From Nitrospirales bacterium (GTDB taxonomy: Bacteria > Nitrospirota > Nitrospiria > Nitrospirales > UBA8639), in contig OY729426.1 of the NCBI GenBank assembly GCA_963422365.1, positions 1-64,000 of the forward strand: 64,000 nt of DNA, given 5' to 3'. How positions within the stretch are numbered: position 1 is the stretch's first letter; each line of letters starts with the position of its first letter. This document shows, piece after piece, positions 9,554 through 22,200 of this stretch. The position numbers and the translations under genes are program-made. The notes under the pieces were generated by a model. It saw nothing but the letters and a program-made list of their open reading frames with translations, was not told the DNA's origin and did not search any database.

Positions 9554-10252
9554 CTAAAACAAGCCTTTTTCGATCCTGAAAATATCCGGATCCTTGGTAT
9601 TTTCAATATAGGAGAGCCATAGTGAAGCAACCCGGTCCTGCGATTCGTCATTCTCGTCTCCTTCTCCCTCTGCAGCAGGCACCTTTCTACTGATAAGTTG
9701 CAGCAGCACCATTCGTTCCCGTTCGTCGGTTGCGCGAAAAACGACAAAAACGCTGTCGTCAAGGCGCGTGTTTATCAACGTCCTATCAGGAGCAAAGCCT
9801 AATGCACTGAAGTATTTTCGAATGACGTTGGCGGTCGTTACCAACGCTTGTGGGTCCGGATCCTCGGTCACGGGCAATCCCCACAAAATATTAATCTGAA
9901 TCAGTTTTTCTTGCTTGTAACCGTGAATATAAACGACGCGAGCCGGTCCGCTGCCAGGGAAGAGGCCCGTCACAGTCGCCACCAGACTGGAAGTCCTGTC
10001 TTCGTCATTCGGCTGCACCACGATATCTTCTTGCCCAAGCTGAAAATCGCGTTGTATGGCCTCCAGAGTTTTCGACTGCGACATCCCGAAGAGAGCCGAA
10101 CGAAACCCCGTTATTTGGGGACCGACGGCTTCTTTGATAGTCGTATTCTCTAGCGCCGCAAAACTCTCCGCATCAACGCATAAAATAGGCACTCCAGCCA
10201 AGACAGCAAGGGCAGCGACAATAAACGCAGAGGTCCTAACCGTATCCATCAT
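9554..10252 (-). CDS. Exported hypothetical protein, third gene of TPS cassette 1
   Basis: 232 aa with an N-terminal signal-like hydrophobic segment and a GFRSALFGMS motif. It starts 18 nt after the tpsA stop with an AGGGGG RBS, and is duplicated at 26499-27197. Confidence 0.85.
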   Translation of the reverse strand: MMDTVRTSAFIVAALAVLAGVPILCVDAESFAALENTTIKEAVGPQITGFRSALFGMSQSKTLEAIQRDFQLGQEDIVVQPNDEDRTSSLVATVTGLFPGSGPARVVYIHGYKQEKLIQINILWGLPVTEDPDPQALVTTANVIRKYFSALGFAPDRTLINTRLDDSVFVVFRATDERERMVLLQLISRKVPAAEGEGDENDESQDRVASLWLSYIENTKDPDIFRIEKGLF

Positions 10253-10270
10253 AACCTGATTTCCCCCTAA

Positions 10271-13200
10271 CTATCGCTTATAGTGGTCTTCATCATTCCC
10301 ACCATGCGTATTCATCATGGCATCCGTTCCGAGGTGCCTCCACACGTCTCGCATGCCACCGGGCAACGTATCGTAGATCGACTCCATTCCGGTTTGCGGT
10401 TTCAACAACGCAAATGGCATCTCAAAGACATTGACTGGATACGAACGATCCATTGCACCCATAACAGAAGCCCTCAATATCGGGGAGAACGGCAGAAAAA
10501 CGACATCGCCTGGTGCCCCTCCCCAGCGCCATGTTGTATTCGGAAGCGGCAAAGCAGCCAGTTCTGCATATTGTCGTATCTCTGGTCCGATGCCGAGACT
10601 GGTGAAGTCATTCAATTTGTACATGCCTGGGACCTTGTTGCGGATTATAGTCTTACTGGCAGCACCCTGTCCGGCTTCACCGCCAACCGTACCCTTGATA
10701 TCTACACTTTTTGCCTCAATCGTCAAAGAGTCAACTTCCACGGTCACGCCAATATGATTACTACTCTTTAACGTAACATCTTTCGCAATGATCCTTCCCT
10801 TGATATCTTTCGTGCTGACGTTGACAAAGGTATCGGAATAAAGGGTGCTGAATCCGAAATCACTTGTTCCGGTCCCCGCAAGCTGTTGGAAAGAAGTCAC
10901 TCTCATCGAAGTGCCTACTGTGACGTCATGGGCCTTGGTGATCGTCATCGCCCCCAGTTTGGCAGTGGAGCCGACATCTCCCTCGAAATGTATAGTCCCG
11001 GTATCCGCGTCCAGGCTCAGCGCATACCCGCCGTCGATCGTCGACGTGAACCGGATGTCGCCGTCCGTGCCGTCAGCGTTGGCGTCACTGTTGACCGTCA
11101 CGGCCCCGGCTAACGTCACCGGGCCGGTGAAGGTCACGTGGCCGTCGTCACTGCGGTACGCCCCGGCCAGCGTGAGGCCCGTGGTGCCCGTCACATCCAT
11201 GTCGCCCGTCGCCGTCACTGCAGCCAGCGCCACCGCGCCACCCGTCACCGTGAGGCTCGTTACCGCGGTCGTGCCACCCACCGCCCCGACCAGCGTGATC
11301 GCGCCGGTATCCGCGTCCAGGCTCAACGCCTGCCCCCCGTCAATGGTCGACGTGAACCGGATGGCGCCAGCCGTGCTGTCAGCGTTGGCGTCACTGTTGA
11401 CCGTCACGGCCCCGGCTAACGTCACCGGGCCGGTGAAGGTCACGTTACCATCGTCACTGCGGTACACCCCCGCCAGCGTGAGGCCCGTGGTGCCCGTCAC
11501 ATCCATGTCGCCCGTCGCCGTCACCGCAGCCAGCGCCACCGCGCCACCCGCCACCGTGAGGCTCGCCACCGCGGTGGTGCCACCCACCGCCCCGACCAGC
11601 GTGATCGCGCCGGTATCCGCATCCAGCACCAGCGCCTGCCCGCCGTCAATGGTCGACGTGAACCGGATGGCCCCGTCCGTGCCGTCGCCGTTGGCGTCAC
11701 TGTTGACCGTCACGGCCCCGGCTAACGTCACCGGGCCGGTGAAGGTCACGTCGCCGTCGTTACTGCGGTACGCCCCGGCCAGCGTGAGGCCCGTGCCCGT
11801 CACATCAATGTCGCCCGTCGCCGTCACCGCAGCCAGCGCCACCGCGCCACCCCTCACCGTGAGGCTCGTTACCTTTACCGCCCCGGCCAGCGTGAGGCCC
11901 GCGATCCCCCTCACATCAACAGCCCCCGTCGCCGTCACCGCAGCCAGCAACACCGCGCCACCCGCCACCGTGAGGCTCGCCACCGGGGTGGTGCCACCCA
12001 CCGCCCCGGCCAGCGTGATCGCGCCGGTATCCGCATCCAGCACCAGCGCCTGCCCGCCGTCAATGGTCGACGTGAACTCAATGGCCCCGTCCGTGCCGTC
12101 GCCGTTGGCGTCACTGTTGACCGTCACGTCCCCGGCTAACGTCACCGGGCCGGTGAAGATCATGTTACCGTCGTCACTGCGGTACACCCCGGCCAGGGTG
12201 AGGCCCGTCCCCGTCACATCAATGTCGCCCGTCGCCGTCACCGCAGCCAACGCCACCGCGCCACCCGCCACCGTGAGGCTCGCCACCGCGGTGGTGCCAC
12301 CCACCGCCCCGGCCAGCGTGATCGCGCCGGTATCCGCGTCCAGCGTCAGCGCATACCCCCCGTCGATCGTCGACGTGAACTCAATGTCGCCGGCTGTGCC
12401 GTCGCCGTCGGCGTCACTGTTGACCGTCACGTCCCCGGCTAACGTCACCGGGCCGGTGAAGGTAATAGTGCCGTCGTCACTGCTGTACTCCCCAGCCAGC
12501 GTGATGCCCGTCGTAGCCGTCACCACCATGTTGCCCGTACCGGCTTCACCGCCAACCGTACCCTTGATATCTACACTTTTTGCCTCAATCGTCAAAGAGT
12601 CAACTTCCACGGTCACGCCAATATGATTACTACTCTTTAACGTAACATCTTTCGCAATGATCCTTCCCTTGATATCTTTCGTGCTGACGTTGACAAAGGT
12701 ATCGGAATAAAGGGTGCTGAATCCGAAATCACTTGTTCCGGTCCCCGCAAGCTGTTGGAAAGAAGTCACTCTCATCGAAGTGCCTACTGTGACGTCATGG
12801 GCCTTGGTGATCGTCATCGCCCCCAGTTTGGCAGTGGAGCCGACATCTCCCTCGAAATGTATAGTCCCGGTATCCGCGTCCAGGCTCAGCGCATACCCCC
12901 CGTCGATCGTCGACGTGAACCGGATGTCGCCGTCCGTGCCGTCAGCGTTGGCGTCACTGTTGACCGTCACGGCCCCGGCTAACGTCACCGGGCCGGTGAA
13001 GGTCACGTTACCATCGTCACTGCGGTACGCCCCCGCCAGCGTGAGGCCCGTGCCCGTCACATCAATGTCGCCCGTCGCCGTCACTGCGGCCAGCGCCACC
13101 GCGCCACCCGTCACCGTGAGGCTCGTTACCGCGGTGGTGCCACCCACCGCCCCGGCCAATGTGATCGCGCCGGTATCCGCATCCAGGCTCAGCGCCTGCC

Positions 13201-16200
13201 CCCCGTCGATGGTCGACGTGAACTCAATGGCGCCAGCCGTGCCGTCGCCGTTGGCGTCACTATTGACCGTCACGGCCCCGGCTAACGTCACCGGGCCGGT
13301 GAAGGTCACGTCGCCATCGTCACTGCGGTACGCCCCGGCCAGCGTGAGGCCCGTGCCCGTCACATCCATGTCGCCCGTCGCCGTCACCGCAGCCAGCGCC
13401 ACCGCGCCACCCGTCACCGTGAGGCTCGCCACCGCGGTGGTGCCACCCACCGCCCCGACCAGCTGGATCGCGCCGGTATCCGCGTCCAGGCTCAGCGCCT
13501 GCCCCCCGTCGATGGTCGACGTGAACCGGATGGCGCCGGCCGTGCCGTCAGCGTTGGCGTCACTGTTGACCGTCACGGCCCCGGCTAACGTCACCGGGCC
13601 GGTGAAGGTCACGTTACCATCGTCACTGCGGTACACCCCCGCCAGCGTGAGGCCCGTGGTGCCCGTCACCGCCATGTCGCCCGTCGCCGTCACCGCAGCC
13701 AGCGCCACCGCGCCACCCCTCACCGTGAGGCTCGCCACCGGGGTCGTGCCACCCACCGCCCCGGCCAATGTGATCGCGCCGGTATCCGCATCCAGGCCAA
13801 GCGCATACCCCCCGTCGATCGTCGACGTGAACTCAATGTCGCCGTCCGTGCCGTCAGTGTTGGCGTCACTGTTGACCCACACGAAGTCGGCTAACGTCAC
13901 CGGGCCGGTGAAGGTCACGTGGCCGTCGTCACTGCGGTACGCCCCCGCCAGCGTGAGGCCCGTGCCCGTCACATCAATGTCGCCCGTCGCCGTCACCGCG
14001 GGCAGCGCCACCACCGCACCCGAGGTCGTCACCGTGAGGCTCGCCACCGCGGTGGTGCCACCCACCGCCCCGGCCAGCGTGATTGCACCGGTATCCGCGT
14101 CCAGCGTCAGCGCATACCCCCCGTCGATCGTCGACGTAAACTCAATGCCGCCGTCCGTGCCGTCAGCGTTGGCGTCACTGTCGACCGTCACAGCCCCGGC
14201 TAACGTCACCGGGCCGGTGAAGGTCACGTTACCATCGTCACTGCGGTACACCCCCGCCAGCGTGAGGCCCGTGCCCGTCACCGCCACGGCCCCCGTCGCC
14301 GTCACCCCAACCAGCGCCACCGCGCCACCCGTCACCGTGAGGCTCGTTACCGCGGTCGTGCCACCCACCGCCCCGACCAGCGTGATCGCGCCGGTATCCG
14401 CGTCCAACTCCAGCACCTGCCCGCCGTCGATGGTCGACGTGAACTCAATGTCGCCGCCCGTGCCGTCAGCGTCGGCGTCACTGTTGACCCACACGAAGTT
14501 GGCTAACGTCACCGGGCCGGTGAAGGTCACGTTACCGTCATTCGAGAGCACGTTTCCCGCCAGCGTGAGGCCCGTCGCCGTCACATCAATGTCGCCCGTC
14601 GCCGTCACCGCAGCCAGCGCCACCGCGCCACCCCTCACCGTGAGGCTCGCCACCGGGGTCGTGCCACCCACCGCCCCAGCCAGCGTGATCGCGCCGGTAT
14701 CCGCGTCCAGGCTCAACGCATACCCCCCGTCAATCGTCGACGTGAACTCAATGGCCCCAGCCGTGCCGTCGCCGTCGGCGTCACTGTTGACCGTCACGGC
14801 CCCGGCTAACGTCACCGGGCCGGTGAAGGTGATGTGGCCGTCGCTCGAGAGCACGTTTCCCGCCAGCGTGAGGCCTGTGCCCCTCACCGCCACAGCCCCC
14901 GTCGCCGTCACCGCGGGCAGCGCCACCGCGCCCGAGGTCATCACCGTGAGGCTCGCCACCGCGGTGCTGCCACCCACCACCCCGGCCAGCCGGATCGCGC
15001 CGGTATCCGCGTCCAGGCTCAGCGCATACCCCCCGTCAATCGTCGACGTGAACTCAATGGCGCCGTCCGTGCCGTCGTAGTCGGCGTCACTGTTGACCGT
15101 CACGGCCCCGGCTAACGTCACCGGGCCGGTGAAGGTGATGTGGCCGTCGCTCGAGAGCACGTTTCCCGCCAGCGTGAGGCCCATGCCCGTCACCGCCACA
15201 GCCCCCGTCGCCGTCACCGCAGCCAGCGCCACCGCGCCCGAGGTCGTCACCGTGAGGCTCGCCACCGCGGTGCTGCCACCCACCGCCCCGACCAGCCGGA
15301 TCGCGCCGGTATCCGCGTCCAGGCTCAGCGCATACCCCCCGTCAATCGTCGACGTGAACCGGATGACCCCGTCCGTGCCGTCGTCGTTGGCGTCACTGTT
15401 GACCGTCACGGCCCCGGCTAACGTCACCGGGCCGGTGAAGATCACGTTACCGTCATTCGAGAGCACGTTTCCCGCCAGCGTGAGGCCCGTCCCCGTCACC
15501 GCCACGGCCCCCGTCACCGTCACCGCAGCCAGCGACACCGCGCCACCCGTCACCGTGAGGCTCGTCACCGTGGTGGTGCCACCCACCGCCCCGGCCAGCG
15601 TGATCGTGCCGCTGCCAGCGGCCAGCGTCAGCGCATACCCCCCGTCGATGGTCGACGTGAACCGGATGTCGCCGTCCGTGCTGTCGTCGTTGGCGTCACT
15701 GTTGACCGTCACGGCCCCGGCTAACGTCACCGGGCCGGTGAAGATCACGTGGCCGTCGCTCGAGAGCACGTTTCCCGCCAGCGTGAGGCCTGTCGCCGTC
15801 ACCGCTATGTTGCCCGTCGCCGTCACCGCAGCCAGCGACACCGCGCCACCCGTCACCGTGAGGCTCGTTACCGCGGTGGCGCCACCCACCGCCCCGACCA
15901 GCGTGATCGCGCCGGTATCCGCGTCCAGGCTCAGCGCCTGCCCCCCGTCAATCGTCGACGTGAACCGGATGACCCCGTCCGTGCCGTCGTCGTCGGCGTC
16001 ACTGTTGACCGTCACAGCCCCGGCTAACGTCACCGGGCCGGTGAAGGTCACGTTACCATCGTCACTGCGGTACGCCCCCGCCAGCGTGATCCTCGTGGTG
16101 CCCGTCACCGCTATGTTCCCCGTCGCCGTCACCGCGGCCAGCGACACCGCGCCACCCGTCACCGTGAGGCTCGTTACCTCTACCACCCCGGCCAGCGTGA

Positions 16201-19200
16201 GGCCCGTGCCCGTCACCGCCACAGCCCCCGTCGCCCTCACCGCAGCCAGCGACACCGCGCCACCCGCCACCGTGAGGCTCGTTACCGCGGTGGTGCCACC
16301 CACCGCCCCGACCAGCGTGATCGCGCCGGTATCCGCGTCCAGCGTCAGCGCATACCCCCCGTCAATCGTCGACGTGAACCGGATGACCCCGTCCGTGCCG
16401 TCGTCGTTGGCGTCACTGTCCACTCGCACGGCCCCGGCTAACGTCACCGGGCCGGTGAAGATCACGTTACCATCGTCACTGCGGTACACCCCGGCCAGCG
16501 TGAGGCTCGTGGTGCCCGTCACCGCTATGTTCCCCGTCGCCGTCACCGCGGCCAGCGACACCGCGCCACCCGTCACCGTGAGGCTCGTTACCTCTACCGC
16601 CCCGGCCAGCGTGAGGCCCGTGCCCGTCACCGCCACAGCCCCCGTCGCCGTCACCGCAGCCAGCGACACCGCGCCACCCGCCACCGTGAGGCTCGTTACC
16701 GCGGTGGTGCCACCCACCGCCCCGACCAGCGTGATCGCGCCGGTATCCGCGTCCAGCGTCAGCGCATACCCCCCGTCAATCGTCGACGTGAACCGGATGA
16801 CCCCGGCCGTGCCGTCGTCGTTGGCGTCACTGTCCACTCGCACGGCCCCGGCTAACGTCACCGGGCCGGTGAAGATCATGTTACCATCGTCACTCCGGTA
16901 CACCCCCGCCAGCGTGAGGCCCGTGCCCCTCACATCAATGTCGCCCGTCGCCCTCACCCCGGCCAGCGCCACCGCGCCCGCGGTCACCACCGTGAGGCTC
17001 GTTACCGCGGTGGTGCCACCCACCGCCCCGACCAGCGTGATCGTGCCGGTATCCGCATCCAGCACCAGCGCCTGCCCCCCGTCAATCGTCGACGTGAACC
17101 GGATGGCCCCGTCCGTGCTGTCGCCGTTGGCGTCACTGTCCACTCGCACGGCCCCGGCTAACGTCACCGGGCCGGTGAAGGTCATGTTACCATCGTCACT
17201 CCGGTACGCCCCCGCCAGCGTGAGGCCCGTCCCCGTCACCGCCACGGCCCCCGTCGCCCTCACCCCGGCCAGCGCCACCGCTCCCCTGGTCGCCACCGTG
17301 AGGCTCGCCACCGCGGTCCTGCCACCCACCGCCCCGACCAGCGTGATCGCGCCGGTATCTGCATCCAGGCTCAGCGCATACCCCCCGTCAATGGTCGACG
17401 TGAACCGGATGGCCCCGTCCGTGCCGTCGTCGTTGGCGTCACTGTTGACCGTCACAGCCCCGGCTAACGTCACCGGGCCGGTGAAGGTCACGTGGCCGTC
17501 ATTCGAGAGCACGTTTCCCGCCAGCGTGATGCCCGTGCCCGTCACCGCCACGGCCCCCGTCGCCGTCACCGCGGCCAGCGACACCGCTCTCCTGGTCGCC
17601 ACCGTCAGGCTCGTTACCTCTACCGCCCCGGCCAGCGTGATGCCCGCGATCCCCCTCACATCAACAGCCCCCGTCGCCGTCACCGCAGCCAGCGACACCG
17701 CGCCACCCGTCACCGTGAGGCTCGCTACCGGGGTCGTGCCACCCACCGCCCCGACCAGCGTGATCGCGTCGGTATCCGCGTCCAGGCTCAGCGCATACCC
17801 CCCGTCAATCGTCGACGTGAACCGGACCCCGTCCGTACTGTCGTCGTCGGCGTCACTGTTGACCGTCACGGCCCCGGCTAACGTCACCGGGCCGGTGAAG
17901 GTCACCTTGCCGTCGTCACTCCGGTACGCCCCCGCCAGCCTGAGGCCCGTGCCCGTCACCGCCACGTCGCCCGTCGCCGTCACCGCAGCCAGCGACACCG
18001 CGCCACTGGTCACCACCGTGAGGCTCGCCACCGCGGTCCTGCCACCCACCGCCCCAACCAGCGTGATCGCGCCGGTATCTGCATCCAGGCTCAGCGCCTG
18101 CCCCCCGTCAATCGTCGACGTGAACCGGATGGCGCCGTCCGTGCCGTCGTCGTCGGCGTCACTGTTGACCGTCACGGCCCCGGCTAACGTCACCGGGCCG
18201 GTGAAGATCATGTTACCATCGTCACTGCGGTACGCCCCCGCCAGCCTGAGGCCCGTGCCCGTCACCGCCACGGCCCCCGTCGCCGTCACCGCAGCCAGCG
18301 ACACCGCGCCACCCGTCACCGTGAGGCTCGCCACCGCGGTGCTGCCACCCACCGCCCCGACCAGCCGGATCGCGCCGGTATCCGCGTCCAGCGTCAGCGC
18401 CTGCCCCCCGTTAATCGTCGACGTGAACCGGATGACCCCGTCCGTGCCGTCGTCGTCGGCGTCGCTGTTGACCGTCACAGCCCCGGTTAACGTCACCGGG
18501 CCGGTGAAGGTGATGTTGCCGTCGCTCGAGAGTACGTTCCCCGCCAGCGTGATGCCCCTAGCCGTCACATCAATGTCGCCCGTCGCCGTCACCGCGAGCA
18601 GCGCCACCGCGCCCGAGGTCGTCACCGTGAGGCTCGCCACCGGGGTGCTGCCACCCACCCCGGCCAGCGTGATCGTGCCGGTATCCGCATCCAGCACCAG
18701 CGCCTGCCCCCCGTCGATGGTCGACGTGAACCGGATGGCCCCGTCCGTACTGTCGTCGTCAGCGTCACTGTCCACCGTCACGGCCCCGGTTAACGTCACC
18801 GGGCCGGTGAAGGTCATGTTACCATCGTCACTCCGGTACTCCCCCGCCAGCGTGAGGCCCGTCCCCGTCACCGCCACGGCCCCCGTCGCCGTCACCGCAG
18901 CCAGCGACACCGCGCCACCCGCCACCGTCAGGCTCGCTACCGCGGTGGTGCCACCCACCGCCCCGACCAGCGTGATCGCGCCGGTATCCGCGTCCAGGCT
19001 CAACGCCTGCCCGCCGTTGATGGTCGACGTGAACTCAATGGCCCCGTCCGTACTGTCGTCGTTGGCGTCACTGTCCACCGTCACGGCCCCGGTTAACGTC
19101 ACCGGGCCGGTGAAGGTGACGTGGCCGTCATCACTGCGGTACGCCCCTGCCAGCCTGATGCCCGTGCCCGTCACATCAATGTCGCCCGTCGCCGTCACCG

Positions 19201-22200
19201 CAGCCAGCGACACCGCGCCACCCGTCACCGTCAGGCTCGCCACCGCGGTCGTGCCACCCACCGCCCCGGCCAGGGTGATCGCGCCGGTATCCGCATCCAG
19301 GCTCAGCGCATACCCGCCGTCAATGGTCGACGTGAACGCAATGGCCCCGTCCGTGCCGGCGCCGTCGGCGTCACTGTTGACCCGCACGCCCCTGGCTAAC
19401 GTCACCGGGCCGGTGAAGGTGATGTTACCGTCGCTCGAGAACACGTTTCCTGCCAGCGTGAGGCCCGTGCCCGTCACCGCCATGTTGCCCGTCGCCAACA
19501 CCGTGGCCAGCGACACCGCGCCACCCGTCACCGTCAGGCTCGTTACCGCGGTGGCGCCACCTACCGTCCCGGCCAGCGTGATCGCGCCGGTATCCGCATC
19601 CAGGCTCAACGCATACCCGCCGTCAATGGTCGACGTGAACCGGATGGCGCCGTCCGTGCCGTCGTCGTCGGCGTCACTGTTGACCGTCACGGCCCCGGCT
19701 AACGTCACCGGGCCGGTGAAGGTGATGTGGCCGTCATTCGAGAGCACGTTTCCCGCCAGCGTGAGGCCCCTAGCCGTCACCTCAATGTCGCCCGTCGCCG
19801 TCACCGCAGCCAGCGACACCGCGCCACCCCTCACCTTCAGGCTCGTCACCCTGGTGGTACCACCCACCGTCCCGGCCAGCGTGATCGCGCCGGTCTCCGC
19901 GTCCAGGCCCAGCACCTGCCCGCCGTCAATGGTCGACGTGAACTCAATGGCGCCGGCCGTGTCGTCGTTGTCGGCGTTACTGTCCACCCACACGAAGTTG
20001 GCTAACGTCACCGGGCCGGTGAAGGTGATGTTACCGTCGCTCGTTGCAATGTCTGCGGCCAATGTGATCCTCGTGGTGCCCGTCACCGCCACGGCCCCCG
20101 TCGCCGTCACCGCAGCCAGCTCCACCGCGCCACCCGTCACCGTCAGGCTCGCCACCGCGGTGGTGCCACCCACCGCCCCGACCAGCCGGATCGCGCCGGT
20201 ATCCGCGTCCAGGCTCAACGCCTGCCCGCCGTTGATGGTCGACGTGAACCGGATGGCGCCGTCCGTGCCGCTGTTGTTTTGGTCACTGTTGACCGTCACG
20301 TCCCCGGCTAACGTCACCGGGCCGGTGAAGGTGATGTTGCCGTCGTTACTGCGGTACGCCCCCGCCAGCGTGATACCCCTAGCCGTCACCGCCACGGCCC
20401 CCGTCGCCGTCACCGCGGGCAGCACCACCACCGCGCCACTCCTCACCTTCAGGCTCGCCACCGGGGTCCTGCCACCCACCGCCCCGGCCAGCCGGATCAC
20501 GCCGGTATCCGCGTCCAGGCTCAGCGCATACCCGCCGTCGATGGTCGACGTGAACGCAATGGCCCCGTCCGTGCTGTCATCGTCGGCGTCACTGTCCACC
20601 CGCACAGCCCCGGCTAACGTCACCGGGCCGGTGAAGGTGATGTTACCGTCGTTACTCTGGTACTGCCCGTCCAGCCGGATCGTGCCGCCCGTCACCGCCA
20701 CGGCCCCCGTCGCCTTCACCGCAGCCAGCGACACCGTGCCACTGGTCACCACCGTGAGGCTCTTCACCATGGTCCCGCCACCCACCGCCCTGACCAGCCG
20801 GATCGCGCCGGTATCCGCGTCCAGCGTCAGCGCATACCAGCCGTTGATGTTCAAACTAAACGCAATGTTGCCGTCCCTGCCGTCGTTGTCGGCGTCACTG
20901 TTGACCGTCACCGCCCCGGTTAACACCACCGAGCCGGTGAAGGTGATATTGCCGTCGTCACTCCGGTACGCCCCGGCCAGCCGGATCGTGCCGCCCGTCG
21001 TCACCGCCACGGCCCCCGTCGCCCTCACCGCGGCCAGCGACACCGAGCCAGCCGTCACCGTCAGGCTCGCCACCGGGGTCCTGCCACCCACCGCCGCAGC
21101 CAGCCGGATCACGCCGGTATCCGCGTCCAGCGTCAGCGCATACCCGCCGTTGATGGTCGACGCGAACCGGATGGCGCCGTCCGTGCCGTCGTTGTCGGCG
21201 TCACTGTCCACCGTCACGTCCCCGGTTAACGCCACCGTGCCGACGGCGAAGGTAATATTGCCGTCGTCACTCCGGTACGCCCCGGCCAGCCGGCCCGTGC
21301 CGCCCTTCACATCAATCTTGCCCGTCGCCCTCACCCCGGCCATCAACACCTCGACACCCGACACCGTGAGGCTCGCCACCGGGGTGGTGCCACCCACCGC
21401 CCCGCCCAGTGTGGTCGTGCCGCTGCCCGAGTCCACCTCCAGCGCCTGCCCGCCGTCGATGGTCGACGTGAACTGAATGTCGCCGTCCGTGCTGTCGTCG
21501 TCGGCGTCACTGTTGACCGTCACGGCCCAGCCTAACGTCACCGGGCCGGTGAAGGTCACGTGGCCGTCGTCACTGCGGTACGCCCCCGCCAGCCGGATCG
21601 TGCCGCCCGTCACATGAATGTTGCCCGTCGCCGTCACCGCAGCCAGCGACACCGCGCCCGAGGTCGTCACCGTGAAGCTCGTCACCGGGGTCCTGCCACC
21701 CACCGCCCCGCCCAGCGTGATCGCGCCGCTGCCCGCGTCCAGATCCAGATCCTGCCCGCTACTCGTCTTCTTGCTGTTGATGGTCAACGTGAACCGGATG
21801 GCGCCGGCCGTGCCGTCGGCGTTGGCGTCACTGTCCACCCGCACGGCCCCGGCTAACGTCACCGGGCCGGTGAAGGTCACGTCGCCGTCGTTACTCTGGT
21901 ATTCCCCCACCAGCCGGATGATCGTGCCGCCCGTCACATCAATGTTACCCGTCGCCGTCACCGCCCGCAGCGACACCGCGCCACCCGTCACCGTGAGGCT
22001 CGCCACCGCGGTGGTGCCACCCACCGCCCCGACCAGCTGGATCGCGCCGGTATCCGCGTCCAGGCTCAGCGCCTGCCCCCCGTCGATGGTCGACGTGAAC
22101 CGGATGGCGCCGGCCGTGCCGTCAGCGTTGGCGTCACTGTTGACCGTCACGTCCCCGGTTAACGTCACCGGGCCGGTGAAGGTGATGTTACCGTCGTTCG

